DNA from: Octopus bimaculoides
Lineage: Eukaryota
Reading direction: 5' to 3'
Assembly (NCBI RefSeq): GCF_001194135.2
Contig: NC_068986.1
Span: 8,333,937-8,397,936, forward strand
Length of the DNA: 64,000 bases
The stretch's first letter is position 1, and every line of letters starts with the position of its first letter. Below are positions 24,326 through 36,659 of this stretch, piece after piece. The position numbers and the translations under genes were made by a program. Under the pieces are notes generated by a model. It had not been told where the DNA came from. It saw nothing but the letters and a program-made list of their open reading frames with translations, and searched no databases.

Positions 24326-24365
24326 CACTTGCTAGTATGACTAACACATCAAAGGCAAACTCACA

Positions 24366-24563
24366 GAATTGTTAGTATGCTGGACAAAATGCTTAGTCGC
24401 ATTTCGTCCGTCGCTACGTTCTGAGTTCAAATTCCACCGAGATCAACTTCGCCATTCATCCTCTCGGGGTCGATAAAATAAGTACTAATTGGTCACTGGG
24501 TTCATTTCATCAAGTTACTCCCCTTCCTCAAAATTTCAGGCTTTGTATCTATAGTAGAAAGGA
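24366..24563 (+). mobile_element. SINE S1 (tail type a)
   Basis: CGTTCTGAGTTCAAATTCCACCGAG...GGGGTCGATAAAATAAGTAC...AAAATTTCAGGCTTTGTATCTATAGTAGAAAGG. Confidence 0.85.
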
Positions 24564-25419
24564 TATAACTCATACATTTCCTGCCTGTGTTCCTTTTGAT
24601 TTTGCCATAGTTTTCAACGGTAATCCGGCATTTCAAATATTTTTTTCATCTTTTTTCTCACATCTAAACGCAGTCCCTACCAATTTATCTCTGACTTTTC
24701 CACTATCGAACGCCTGATTATTGCCTAATTAAAGAACATCATCCCACAATACCTAAGTACACAACAAATTCTATCGCAAAACATTTACTTCATATCGTTA
24801 ACTGGTCAAGCTCCGCCAGGTGCATAATGGGATTTGCATTATTCACGTGTTAAGCAGATTCGAAATAATATCCCGGTAGCTTTACATTTCCACATTTCTC
24901 ACACATTTTAACCCTCGCAGCATTTAAAGCCGTCCATGCTGTTATTCCTTGTTGTAGGTTTTTTTTTTTTTTGCTTTTTTACTTTCACAAAATATCTAAT
25001 TTCCTTTTTCTACTACATTTACGATCTGTACCTCTTTAAGAAATCGACATGTATGAGGTTGTTGTTGTTGTTGTTGTTGCTGCTGCTGCTGCCACTGCTG
25101 TAGCCTCGCCACTGAGAGGACATATCGATGATTGAAGATATTCCTACCATGACTGTCCCCTCTGTATTTTTATACTTTATTTTCTAACATTTGAGATGAA
25201 ATATTTTAAACTTTTAAAATTGATTTCACATAAATTATATAACCGTTTCCTAGACTTAGCCTTGACGCCCACCCTTAATTTCAAATAGGAATGAGGTTGC
25301 TATGACGACAATTGATGTAATGCAAAGCCAGCCTTGAAGTAATTGTATCTGTCAACAATTCTAAAACCACAACAATCAATGTTATGGCAGAAAATATTTT
25401 TTAAATTGTTTAATAACTG

Positions 25420-25625
25420 ATATTGCTTTCAAATTTTTGGTACAAAGGCCAGCAATTTGTGGGGAGGGGCTAATTTGATTACATCGACCCCACTGCTCAA
25501 CAGGTACTTATTTTATCGACCCCGAAAGGATGAAAAGCAAAGTCGACCTCGGTGGAATTTGAACTCAGAACATAAAGACAAACAAAATACCCGTAAGCAG
25601 CTTGCCCGGCGTGCTAACGAATTTT
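25420..25625 (-). mobile_element. SINE S1 (tail type b)
   Basis: Reverse complement of the S1 core with an ...AAATTGCTGGCCTTTGTACCAAAAATTTGAAAGC tail. Confidence 0.87.
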
Positions 25626-26543
25626 AACCATTGATGTATTTAAAGCTCTAAGGACGTTTTCCTGTGAGAGTACCTTTATGTACGACCTGCTAGAAAATGC
25701 AACCAAACCTGCCTCAAATCACATCCTGTCGTGTAGTACACAACAACTGAGGTGTTGAATTTTGTTATATTACTTCAAGAAATTAAACCACTTTAAGTGT
25801 ACTTTAAGAATTGGTAAAATGGTATATTCTTTAAATCAGTGACTGTATCAACAGCAGTTAAAGATTCCTCATTCTTCTTTATTTGGAAATAATGGAGAGA
25901 AGTCCTGGAAATGGTAATATAATTTATGGAATATCAATTCTAAAGGTTTAAAACATTTCCACCTCATATGTTACAAAAATCACTACAGCATAATTATTTC
26001 TGTTGTGTTGTAAGAAACCATATTTCCGTTGACATGAACATTTCTTCACCCAGCTACGCAACTTCCTTCCGCTTCTCGTATAATCGACAACTTTTCATTT
26101 AAAACTCTAATAAGCTGGATATTGATTAAAAAATCTATAATACACACTAGACTTACAACAGACAGACAGATATTCTCACTTCTACTTATTTCTTGTGCTT
26201 CTTCACGTTTTCCTCTCCTTAACTGTCTCATTTCTTTTTCCTCCCCCTCTCTCTCACTCTCTCTTTCTCATTCTTATTGAATTCCTTTCATTTCATCTAC
26301 CACTTTNNNNNNNNNNCATTCTCTCTATTTCTCTTGTTATCAGTCTCATCACTGTCTTGATGTCTTTTGGATTCTCTTTTCTTACTGTTCGTCTTTCATT
26401 TTCCTTTTTTCTTTCACTCCATCGTTTCCAGTTTTCTCATTTCCACCCGACTCAATTTATCCAGTCTCACTAACTGGATACATTCCTTTGTGTACGTGGA
26501 TAATTACTTACCTAAAATCGCCATCGATACATACACCAACCAA

Positions 26544-26548
26544 TAATG

Positions 26549-26616
<68 letters not shown>
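26544..26616. repeat. (AAT)n microsatellite
   Basis: Directly visible. Confidence 0.97.
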
Positions 26617-26617
<1 letters not shown>

Positions 26618-27072
26618 GCAGTACTAATAACGGTAAATATTCGATCTGACACAGATTTAACAGTTGGATACAACATTAATAAATTAATAACAGTCATAAT
26701 TAAATTTCATTGTGATTTAATATCGATTCATTGACATCGTTACGATTCAGTAAGCGATAAGTGCGTGATTTCTGTAATTGTGAGAATGGCAGGCACCAAG
26801 CATCTGATTCTTCATACAAGCAAGATGAGGGTCAAACGACGGTGTTTCAACAATGCTACTTCAACATTTCAATCCATTATTCACTCATTCATTTATTTCT
26901 TTAATTTCGTCTGACAAGAATCGATCTCCACAGTGAATACCATTCAACAACTAATCGTCAATTTCCAATAATTAGTTTGATTCTTGATCAAGTAATTCTC
27001 TTCTTTTTTCCCCTCATTTCTGACCAAGTAAGTGGAACAGAAGTTATTTTGTGCCCTGTCGTTGTAATATGA

Positions 27073-27515
27073 GCCGCTGGTGATTGGATGGAAAATATCA
27101 ATATCAACCAATTGAAAGAATACTTCATTCAGTTCAACATTATGGTTCTTCATTTATCAATTCCCACGTGGAAAGGAAGAATTCTTGATTTAACTGCTGC
27201 AGGATTTGCCGAAAACAATATTGAGAACCAACAAATACCTCATTAATAAAACGATGTTGTAGAGTCAGTTAAACGTAAGACAATTAAGAAATTAGTTTCG
27301 TTTTGACGAAAACTTAAATCTGTTTTTCAGTGAAGGGGAAATTGATGCTCATGTAATTCTACTTATGTGGAATCGACTCTCAAAAAGTAGCTTTTACTAC
27401 GAAAGAAAAACTCATTTTGGATTTAGCTCGCCTATAGCTTATCTTTATGCTGTCCAACGAAAGGATATCCCGTTTGTGATACTATTTTATCTGCGGAGGA
27501 GGGACTGTATATAAT
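27073..27515 (+). pseudogene. Possible TIR-domain-like coding relic
   Basis: DWMENININQLKE...NDVVESVKRKTIKKLVSF and, in a shifted frame, DENLNLFFSEGEID...LSKSSFYYE...AYLYAVQRKDIPFVILFYL loosely echo TIR-domain segments; stops and frameshifts present. Confidence 0.2.
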
Positions 27516-27698
27516 CACAATTGACCTGCTGTGAATATCAAAATATTTATGTTTTGGCAGGAAAGTATGTATAACAGTGTGGTGAATTTTAAAATTGTTA
27601 GCGATATATATTTTTATATTTGTATATGTTCGGAATTGTTATGTCATTGCGTTTGTAGATGTGAATTCACAAACACACACACATTTACTTATATATAT

Positions 27699-27746
<48 letters not shown>

Positions 27747-28244
27747 AAAGAGATTGAGAGAGAGAGAGAGAGGGGGGAAGAACATATGTAGAGGAAAATT
27801 AAGACAAACACAAGTGTGAATATTAGTTCTTAAATACGTTTCACCATTACAGTGAACTCAACGTTCGAGGTTCGAAACGCATTTGAATCATCAGGAGAGA
27901 AGATATATTAGATCCCTGTCACAGAAAGCAATAAAGTGTTCCATTGATGACCTACTCGAGGTTAGGCAGCCAAATGCACTTGGAACATCCAGCACTGAGT
28001 TCCATTTAACTGCAATGGTGAAACATACGTAGGAACTAAATATTTATACTAGTGTTTATCTTCGTTTATACTGCATATGTTCTGTATATCGTAACCAGTA
28101 ACACTGCTAAGTACAGCAGTTGACAAACCACTTTACTGGCACTGGAATGGATATTGATAATCTACGTAGAGCTCTGTCTCATACAGTAGTAAGCGTACAT
28201 CTAACTGTACACACAAGATATGTAAATATATATATATACATATA

Positions 28245-28526
28245 TATATAGTTTTAGGGAAAATAACCAATTATCAAGAACTCATCGATGAAAATCCACT
28301 ATCACATATAGAAAAATTAATAATTAAAAGCACAATAAATGAGTATAATATAAAGTAAAGTAAATGTCATAAGATAAATATAATAAAAAGATTACACGTG
28401 TTTCATAACCAATTTTCAAATAGAAAAGAAATTTAAATCGATTAAAATCAATTGAAATTATCGAAAATAAGTTCTATTCAAAAATATAGCTACTCGTCAG
28501 ATCGTTATTTTCCCTAAAACTATATA
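28245..28526 (-). mobile_element. 282-bp HHR-bearing module bounded by 23-bp perfect inverted repeats (PLE pLTR-like)
   Basis: TATATAGTTTTAGGGAAAATAAC at 28245-28267 and its reverse complement at 28504-28526; HHR inside; (TA)n on the left flank. Confidence 0.75.
28390..28503 (-). ncRNA. Type-I hammerhead ribozyme with long stem II
   Basis: GAT-CTGACGA-[GTAGCTA...TGGTTAT, 89 nt]-GAAA-C ACGT G-TA^-ATC: canonical core, stem I GAT/ATC, 7-bp stem II base including wobbles, palindromic stem III ACACGTGT. Confidence 0.75.
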
Positions 28527-28755
28527 TTTTATATATACTTTATCTATAAGGCTCAATTTAATTTTAATTTTTTATAAATTGATTTTAATTGAGTTTTTTG
28601 CCTGTAATTTTGGATTTTGTCCCTAATATTATTATTATATATACATATATATATATATATATACATATATGTATATGTATATATATACATACATATATAT
28701 ATATATACATATATATATTTACACACAAGATATATAAATACACACATACACACAT

Positions 28756-28787
<32 letters not shown>

Positions 28788-28794
28788 GTATATA

Positions 28795-29640
28795 CTAGAC
28801 TTACTACCCAGCGTTGACCGGTAAGGTATTCATGGAATTTTTTGCCAGTTTGCAGAATGGGAATTCATGGTACTTATGCATGGATATATATATATTTAAC
28901 CTAACATTTGGACTCATTTAATTGGAACTATCCAAACAATAGTAATCAATTTAATGTCTGAAGAAAATTGTGAATAACTGTCTGATATAGTGATGGATCT
29001 GGCCATGAATGACAACGGAGGGATTCCGTAAGTTTCTTTTAGGATTAACTTTTTTGTCACTGTCTGGAAGAGGTAGTTGTACTGTCTGCCGTTCTTCCTG
29101 AATTCTTTTGCAAGATGGTCACCACTGTTGTATAAATGGATAAGTTCATTTGGTACAGGTTGTAAATTGCCAATAGAAACTTTTCCCTTCATGCAGCAGA
29201 AATTTGCAGTTTCGCCATGGAATAAGGATGCACGACGCTAAGAGCATATTTTATTCATCACACCTACATCAGCAGAAAGAGTGGATCCATTTCCTTCCAT
29301 TGCTCCCTCTGTCCTTCTTTCTTTCCTCACCTTGTTGTTCAAGAGTCGTGCAGCCCTCATCTCGGACGTTTCTGCAAGTCTTCTGCTATTTGTTCTTTCT
29401 CTCACATTCTGGAGACGTGCATTCCTATCTTCCTCAGTCTCTCCTTGCCTCCTTCTTTGTTTCATGACTCTATTATCCTGTCGTCGTTCTGCCGTCATCT
29501 CAGTCGTTTCCTGTCGTCTCCTTGCCCTTGCTTTTTCCGAAAGCCTTTCGGCATCACCTCTTGACCACGATGATCCCCGTCTCTTTCCACCTGGCATAAT
29601 TGATCAGTGTCTGTTTTTGCATGTAATGTATTAAGAAAAT
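28795..29640 (-). mobile_element. Internally deleted Helitron: Rep N-terminus joined to the 3' terminus
   Basis: STPR-like repeats (ETTEMTAERR..ETEEDRNARL..ETSEMRAARL), then KICS*RRASLFHGETANFCCMKGKV...EFRKNGRQYN and HGQIHHYIRQL. 3' end has hairpin CCGGTCAACGCTGG (28821-28808) and ends CTAG followed by T at 28794. The 5' end is not located. Confidence 0.85.
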
Positions 29641-29722
29641 TAAACCAAACCAACAAAGAGATTACAAATGTCAGATGAATGAAACAGAATAAAATCTGAA
29701 ATAATGAAACTATAAGTAATCT

Positions 29723-29855
<133 letters not shown>

Positions 29856-30123
29856 TACGTGAAAAAGTTGGAGTCACAAAATGTAAACATTTGTACCGGA
29901 AGTTGAGTCATTTAATATCAGAATAGGATTTACAAAAAAAATAAGCGCTTAAATCTAATGAAAGTTTAATAAAATCTAATCATAAGTAAGTGAAATTATG
30001 CTAAATACAACTAAATTGAAAACCTTTTCCTCCCTGATCCTATCGGCAATTCTGAAAACTTTTGAGTACAAATTTTACATGAGTGAAAGCTTTTTTAACA
30101 ATTTTTATCCTGAAAATCACCTT

Positions 30124-30190
30124 TTACTTTCGTTTTAAAGTGAAAGAGAGGAGAAAGTGAAAAATGTATGAACGTGTATATGAAATGGAC

Positions 30191-30224
<34 letters not shown>

Positions 30225-30671
30225 GNNNNNNNNNNNNNNNNNNNNNNNNNNNNNNNNNNNNNNNNNNNNNNNNNNNNNNNNNNNNNNNNNNNNNNNNNNN
30301 NNNNNNNNNNNNNNNNNNNNNNNNNNNNNNNNNNNNNNNNNNNNNNNNNNNNNNNNTGAGAGAGAGAGAGAGTGTGAGAGAGAGAGAGTGAGAGAGAGAG
30401 AGAGAGAGTGAGAGAGAGAGAGAGTGAGAGAGAGAGACAGTGAGAGAGAGAGAGAGAGAGTGAGAGAGAGCCACTATTACATGAGAGCGCACACGTTCAC
30501 TCACTCACTCCTTCTCTCTTTTATACGCACACACACACATGCATCTGTACATACAAAAAATATGTACGCATATGTATTGATATATGTACGTATACATGTC
30601 AACACACCCCTTCACTCACTCTCCATCTCTCTTTCTGTCTCTATCTTTTTCTCTCTCTCTCTTCCTCTCTC

Positions 30672-30706
<35 letters not shown>

Positions 30707-30790
30707 TTCACACACACACACACGTCCATTTCATATAAACGTACATACATCTTTCAATTTCTTATCTCTTTCACTTTAAAACAAAAGTAA
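30124..30790. repeat. ~100-bp diverged inverted repeat pair enclosing (GA)/(CT) microsatellites
   Basis: 30124-30225 (TTACTTTCGTTTTAAAGTGAAAGAG...GAAATGGACGTGTGTG) is the reverse complement of ~30690-30790 with several substitutions. Confidence 0.85.
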
Positions 30791-31259
30791 ATAAATAAAA
30801 AAATTTTACGAAAATTAACGAACTCCGGATGATGAAATCACATTCAGTTAAGAATATTTCTAAAGGATTAAAACATTGTGTACGAAGACTATATGTGTGT
30901 ATATGTTACAGATAACGGACTTGTCTTTGTGTCGATTGACAAGCCGTGACATACATTATATGTGTGTGTATTCTGTATGTGTGTCTGTGAGTTGACATCA
31001 CGGAAGCCATGCTTTTTTTTTTTCGTCAAGAAATAACAGATAAAAAATGTGTTTAATTGATTGAATAGAGGTCCAAATATCACAAGAATCTGTACTGTAC
31101 TGCCTAAGGGAAGTATGAAAATAAATATGCAAAAACAAAATAAGATAAAATATACTATTTCTGAGATACTTCGGGTACACACAAACATCTCTAGAGTTTT
31201 AGTATTATTGATATATATATATATGCGTGTGTGTGTGTATGTGTGTGTANNNNNNNNNN

Positions 31260-31320
<61 letters not shown>

Positions 31321-31333
31321 ATATATATTTATA

Positions 31334-32232
31334 TGCGAGGTCTGATCAATAAATATCCGGGTTGTTGCCATAGTAATTAAGCTAAAACACACAGAGTGAA
31401 GCCACTTGGCAAAGATTGACCTTAAACACTGCTTTGCATGCACACTAAGCTTTAACGTTCTAGTTCACTTCCTCTGTTTACAGCAGTGCTTGGAAGGAAG
31501 GTATGTAGCATGTGATCGTCGCACTGACCATGAGAGAGAAATTTGTTATGGTGATACATGCTCAGGGGCCTACGCAAAGTAGCAGAAAGTGTATGGAGAG
31601 AAGTGCATGAGCTGCACACAAGTATAGGTATGGTTATGACGTTTCGAAGATGGACGAAAAATGTCGATGTTGACGAACGTTCTCGAAGACCCGCAACCAG
31701 CAGAACTGAGAAAAACACCGCAGATGTGCGTGCAGATGTGAGGGGAAATCGTCGAATCACCATCCGTGAGTTTTCAGAGGATGTACAGATTAGTTACGGT
31801 TCAGTTCAGTCTATTACCACTGAAGATTTGGGTATGAGACGCGTGACTGCCAAATTACTGCGAAAACTGCCTTCAGCTGACTAAGAAGACACTCGGGTTT
31901 CAGTTGCACAAAATCTCTCTGATTGTGTCGATAACGATTAAAACCTTTTTGAAAACTTTGCGTAGACTTCTGGGCAGGCATCGCCAAGCCTTTGGCAAAA
32001 TTTGAGGCAGATTCTCTGCTCAAATATCTCTGTCATTGTCAATCCGATGAACACACGCTATGCATCTTCCTTCTAAGCACTGCTGTAAACAGCGAAAGCG
32101 AGCTAAAACGTAAAAACGTAATGCGCATGCACAGCAGAGTTCAAGGTCAATCTGTTTCAAGCGGCTTCACTCTGCGTCCGTTAGCTTCGTTACTATGGCA
32201 GCAGTGCGGATACTTATTGATCAGACCACGCG
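31334..32232 (+). mobile_element. Internally deleted mariner with long (~200 bp) imperfect TIRs
   Basis: Termini CGAGGTCTGATCAATAAATATCCG / CGGATACTTATTGATCAGACCACG; 31370-31535 mirrors 32030-32200. ORF DERSRRPATS...RRITIREFSEDVQISYGSVQSITTEDLGMRRVTAK is the mariner HTH region; the DDD domain is absent. Confidence 0.9.
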
Positions 32233-32399
32233 TATATATACATCAAATAACATAGTGTTCGATCTTGTGATCCATTCTCACCACCAACCCAAGACAAAAT
32301 AAAACATAAAAAGAATCAGAAGTCGAAAGAAGAAAGCCTTTGTTTCCCCACCACATTTGTTCAGTTTTTCAAGCCTTGATCTTATAAATTTTATAGTTG

Positions 32400-33390
32400 T
32401 TGAGAATGATGTTGCTATTGTGATCGTAGCACCAGGAGGACTTTTTATTTATATAGTTATTTGCAAAGTTAGTGCTATCATTTAAAGCTACTCTCGCTAA
32501 TGTTATTTATATTAGATTTTCGCTATGCTTTGCCCTATTACTGCTGCACTTTCGGTTACTGATGCAATTCATACTGCTAGTATTAACTGTTGTTCTCATT
32601 TCTCTTATAACTTCTTTTGCAGCAACGTACGCCATTACAATTTGTTATACATTTTATGACTGCAACACTTTCCTTATCTTACAGTGGTTACACATGCTGT
32701 TTACATTTACTATTATGATAATTATTGTTGCAAGCATTTGTTGAAAACTCTTGCTGTTGCTGTCATTTAAAACTTCTTATGTATTGACACTGACATTAAT
32801 ATTACTGTAGTAGTAAAATGTGATTTTACTTGGCTACTTATTCCGTTATTCGTGTTCTCCCGGAATTATTATTGCGTCTATTCTTGTCATTGCACCTATT
32901 ACCTCGAAGTATCAGCTTCGTTCTTCTTACTTTTCATATGACGTTTTCTGTTTCATCTCTCGCGCCTTATTATAGAAGCTGTAAATGTATCTATAACAGC
33001 GTAGATAAAACTAAGCCTAGTGAGGCTGGGTGGTTTTCGTGCTGTTGCTATTGTTGGCATTAATTGCTGGTGTTGTTGCTATTAATTACTGATGTATTGC
33101 TTTGTTAGTAGCTACCAATACCGTTGTTACTACCACAAACACCAATAACGCTGCTAGAACTGTTCTCTGTTATTCCTCCATTAATTCACCTTTCACTATA
33201 GTTTCAACTGCTTTTGGTGTCACAACTCGTCAGCTACAGCCTCTTCACTGTTTCTTAACTAACTTTGCTGCTTCAGTATCAACATTATTATGAATCATCC
33301 TCCTACTCTTCTCCCTCCTCTTCATCTTCCTCTTTCTTATTATCGTCATCACTACAATCACCATCAGCATCATCATTATCATTGAATGCG
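32400..33390. repeat. Cryptic trinucleotide low-complexity region (TGT/TGC/TAC/CAT)
   Basis: Diffuse triplet periodicity with no consistent ORF. Confidence 0.55.
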
Positions 33391-33956
33391 ATCGTGCGCC
33401 TCGGATTATAATCAATGCAAAAAGTTCCCTTTGTGATATTTAACCGTAAAGATAATTTTCAAGCATTTTACTGCACACCCTTTCTACCCGTTTATTTCGG
33501 TCGAGAAAATAACCCGGAAATCGCGATACACAGATATTGTTTTGAGCTGAGTTCGGGTGCTAGATTCCCTTTTCGAAAATACAAGGACACAGATCGTGTC
33601 ATATAGCCAGCTGGAGACGATGTCTCCTGGGGTTAAATTACAGCAACATTCATCCTAAACCAGGACTGCCATGTTATGTTGGCAAACAATCTTTACTACA
33701 AAGTACTGTTGCTGAATATCTCTCATTGTGAGATTCTGAAATAGTAATTTTCTAAAATATGCTTTATTGTAGAACATTGTTTATATTTATCATGATTTGT
33801 AAACAATGTTTCTAGCAAGTACAAGACCGTTCGGTCTTATGCCGGAGCGAGAAATGCGGATTGGACTATCCTACCAAATACGTGTCTCATTTAAAAGGGA
33901 TACAAAAAAATAGTAGCACCAATTTAAAACAAAGCACGAACAAATTACTTATAACT

Positions 33957-35005
33957 TCAAATTTCAGCACAAGGCCAGTAATTTTGAGGTGGATCAATTA
34001 CATCGACCCCAGAGTTCTACTGGTACTTTACCAGTAATTTGGATTTTGCCAGCGTGCTGTCTTACGGGTAACTAACATTGGTTTCAAAGTTTGACACAAG
34101 GCTAACAATTTTGAGAGAGGGGGCAAGTTGATTACATCGACTCCAGTGTTCAACTGGTACTTGTGTCATCAATCTCGGTAAGATGAAAGGCAAGTTCGAC
34201 CTCGGCAGAATTTGAACTCAGAACGTAAAAGTGGACGAAATGCCACGAAACATTTTGCCTGATATACTAACGGTTCTGCCAAATTCGCTGCCACACCAAT
34301 ACCTAATATTCTTTTCTACTCTAGGCACAAGGCCCGAAATTTTGGGAAGGGGCCAGTCGATTAGATCAATCCCAGTACACAAATGGTGCTCAATTTATCG
34401 ACCCCTAAAGGATGAAAGGCAATTTCGACCTCTGCGGAATTTGAACTCAGAACATAAAAACAGACGAAATACCACTAAGCATTTCGCCCGCGTGCTAACG
34501 TTTCTGCCAGCTCGCCACCTTAACATCTAATAGTTATTTCTTTATTGTCCCCAGGGGGTTAAACATAGAGGGGACAAACAAGGACAGACAAAGGGATTAA
34601 ATCGATTACATCGACCCCAGTGCGTAACTGGTACTTATTTAATCGACCCCGAAAGAACGAAAGGCAATTTCGACCTCTGCGGAATTCGAACTCAGAACAT
34701 AAAGACAGACGAAATACCACTAAGCATTTCGCCCGGTGTGCTAACGTTTCTACCAGCTCGCCGCCCTTAATATCAAATATTACAAGCGAAATGTAAGGCG
34801 GCAAGTTATCGTTATCATGCCGGAAAAAATGTTCGGCAGCATTTCGTCCGTCGCTACGTTTTGAGTTCAAATTCCGCCGAGCTCGATTTTGCCTTTCATC
34901 CTTTCGGGGTCGATAAAATAAGTACCAGTGATACAATGAGGTCGATGCAATCGACTTAATCCCTACCTTGAAATTGATGGCCTTGAGCCTAAGTTTGAAA
35001 CCAAT
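33957..35005. mobile_element. Cluster of five adjacent S1 SINEs
   Basis: Partial 33957-34030 (-), 34079-34293 (-, tail b), 34310-34521 (-, tail a), 34535-34768 (-, tail c), 34796-35005 (+, tail b). Confidence 0.9.
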
Positions 35006-35554
35006 ATTACAAGTGAAGCAAGTAATGGACTTGATGAAAACAAGAATTATCTAAAATGTTGTAGAATGGGTAACCGTAAGTCATCTTGAAGAAAAACAAG
35101 GTATAGGAAGAATGTATTGGAAAGGAAGTTGCATTGCAGGGGGCTTTCATGTGCCCTTAAAAAGTTAATTGTAAGAGACCCAGACTGGTGCGCCAGAGGT
35201 CATTTTCCTAGATGCAAGGCAGTGTCTGGCACGCTTTCGTAAGCGGGATCGGAGTGAGTTGACAGGCGTCACACACTCTCCTACAAACAATTTAGCTTGA
35301 TTAATACAAGGGTCAGCGTTAACAACATCAGTTGTAGCAGTAATTTCTGAGTTGTTGTCACATTTTTAGCGCAATATTGAGAAAGTTCTGAGTTTGAGGG
35401 GTCAGGAGAAATGACACGGGGTTAGAAGGGTTACTTTTCCCCCAGCACAACCGAAATTTGACGAATGAAATCACAATCCTCGACGGCAACCAATTGTCTT
35501 TTGACAATGAGGAGAATATGTAAAGAGAGGAGTGACAAATTGTCAGAGTCACTG

Positions 35555-35626
<72 letters not shown>

Positions 35627-36659
35627 TATATAAAGGGCATTAACTGTGTATTAATGCCTCACGCTATCGAGGGACTAAATAAGTCAAAAAACTACCAAAA
35701 ATAAGCAACATATTTACCGAAAGCAAGGGAATGCAGCTTTTCAAAATTTATCTCTTAAAAACATTTAACTCAACGGTATGGGGGGTTCATTGTACATATA
35801 TATGTGCATGTGTCTAATGCACGCATGCGTGTGAATATGTGTACAGTACTAGAGAAAATTACAGTATGGCACGTTCAGACTGATAGTGTGGTTGAAAGAT
35901 TTTCTCAGGAAATTTAATGGATGACACAGAAATCATATATATATATAATCAGTAGATATTATATATACAATATCTGAGATATTGTACAATATCTGGAGGA
36001 GTCACATAAAGATAAAAATAATTTATCTGTCATTTAAAATATAATCACGTTCTGAAACTGTTTTAGGCTTTTTGTTTTAGATTCGGTGAGATAATAATGT
36101 GAATAAGTGTTAATCGGAATAGAGAGAGTCTTATAATGTTAATTGGCGAAAGAATAGAAACACTAAAGGAAAACAAAAATAATCTATTTAATGATTCGAA
36201 TTCTTTTCACGTAAGTTAAGTGTGCTATTACGGTAATTATAATAAAGTCGAGAATATTGAATCATATGCTGAGTAGTCATCTAAAGTGTTACCACTACAT
36301 CGATGAAATTACTTTAATGTTGCAATGCGTGAAAAGAATTATAATAGCCAAATAGTTTGTAGTTGTTTCAGGATTTTGTTTGGTTTCCACCCACCCCCTA
36401 ATTATCGCTCATAAAATCGTATATATTCCGGTGAATGCTTATTCAAAATATTCTACGATTAACATCTCAAGTAAAAGACAAGAAGAGTTTCACCACGCGA
36501 TATTATTTTCAAATGAACGTTATATATTTTTATCTTTTAACTTTTGTCAGCAACTATTTAGTAATGGTTCCGAACATAAAAATAAGGTGAAATATTATTC
36601 CTGGATTCTCAATTTCCTCTTGTTTTTCGTTGCTTAAATCTTAACTTCACTCAGTTCGC

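Noticed and set aside
27830-27900. CTGATGA...GAAAACGTA on the - strand
   Set aside because: No stem I pairing and stem III cannot form.
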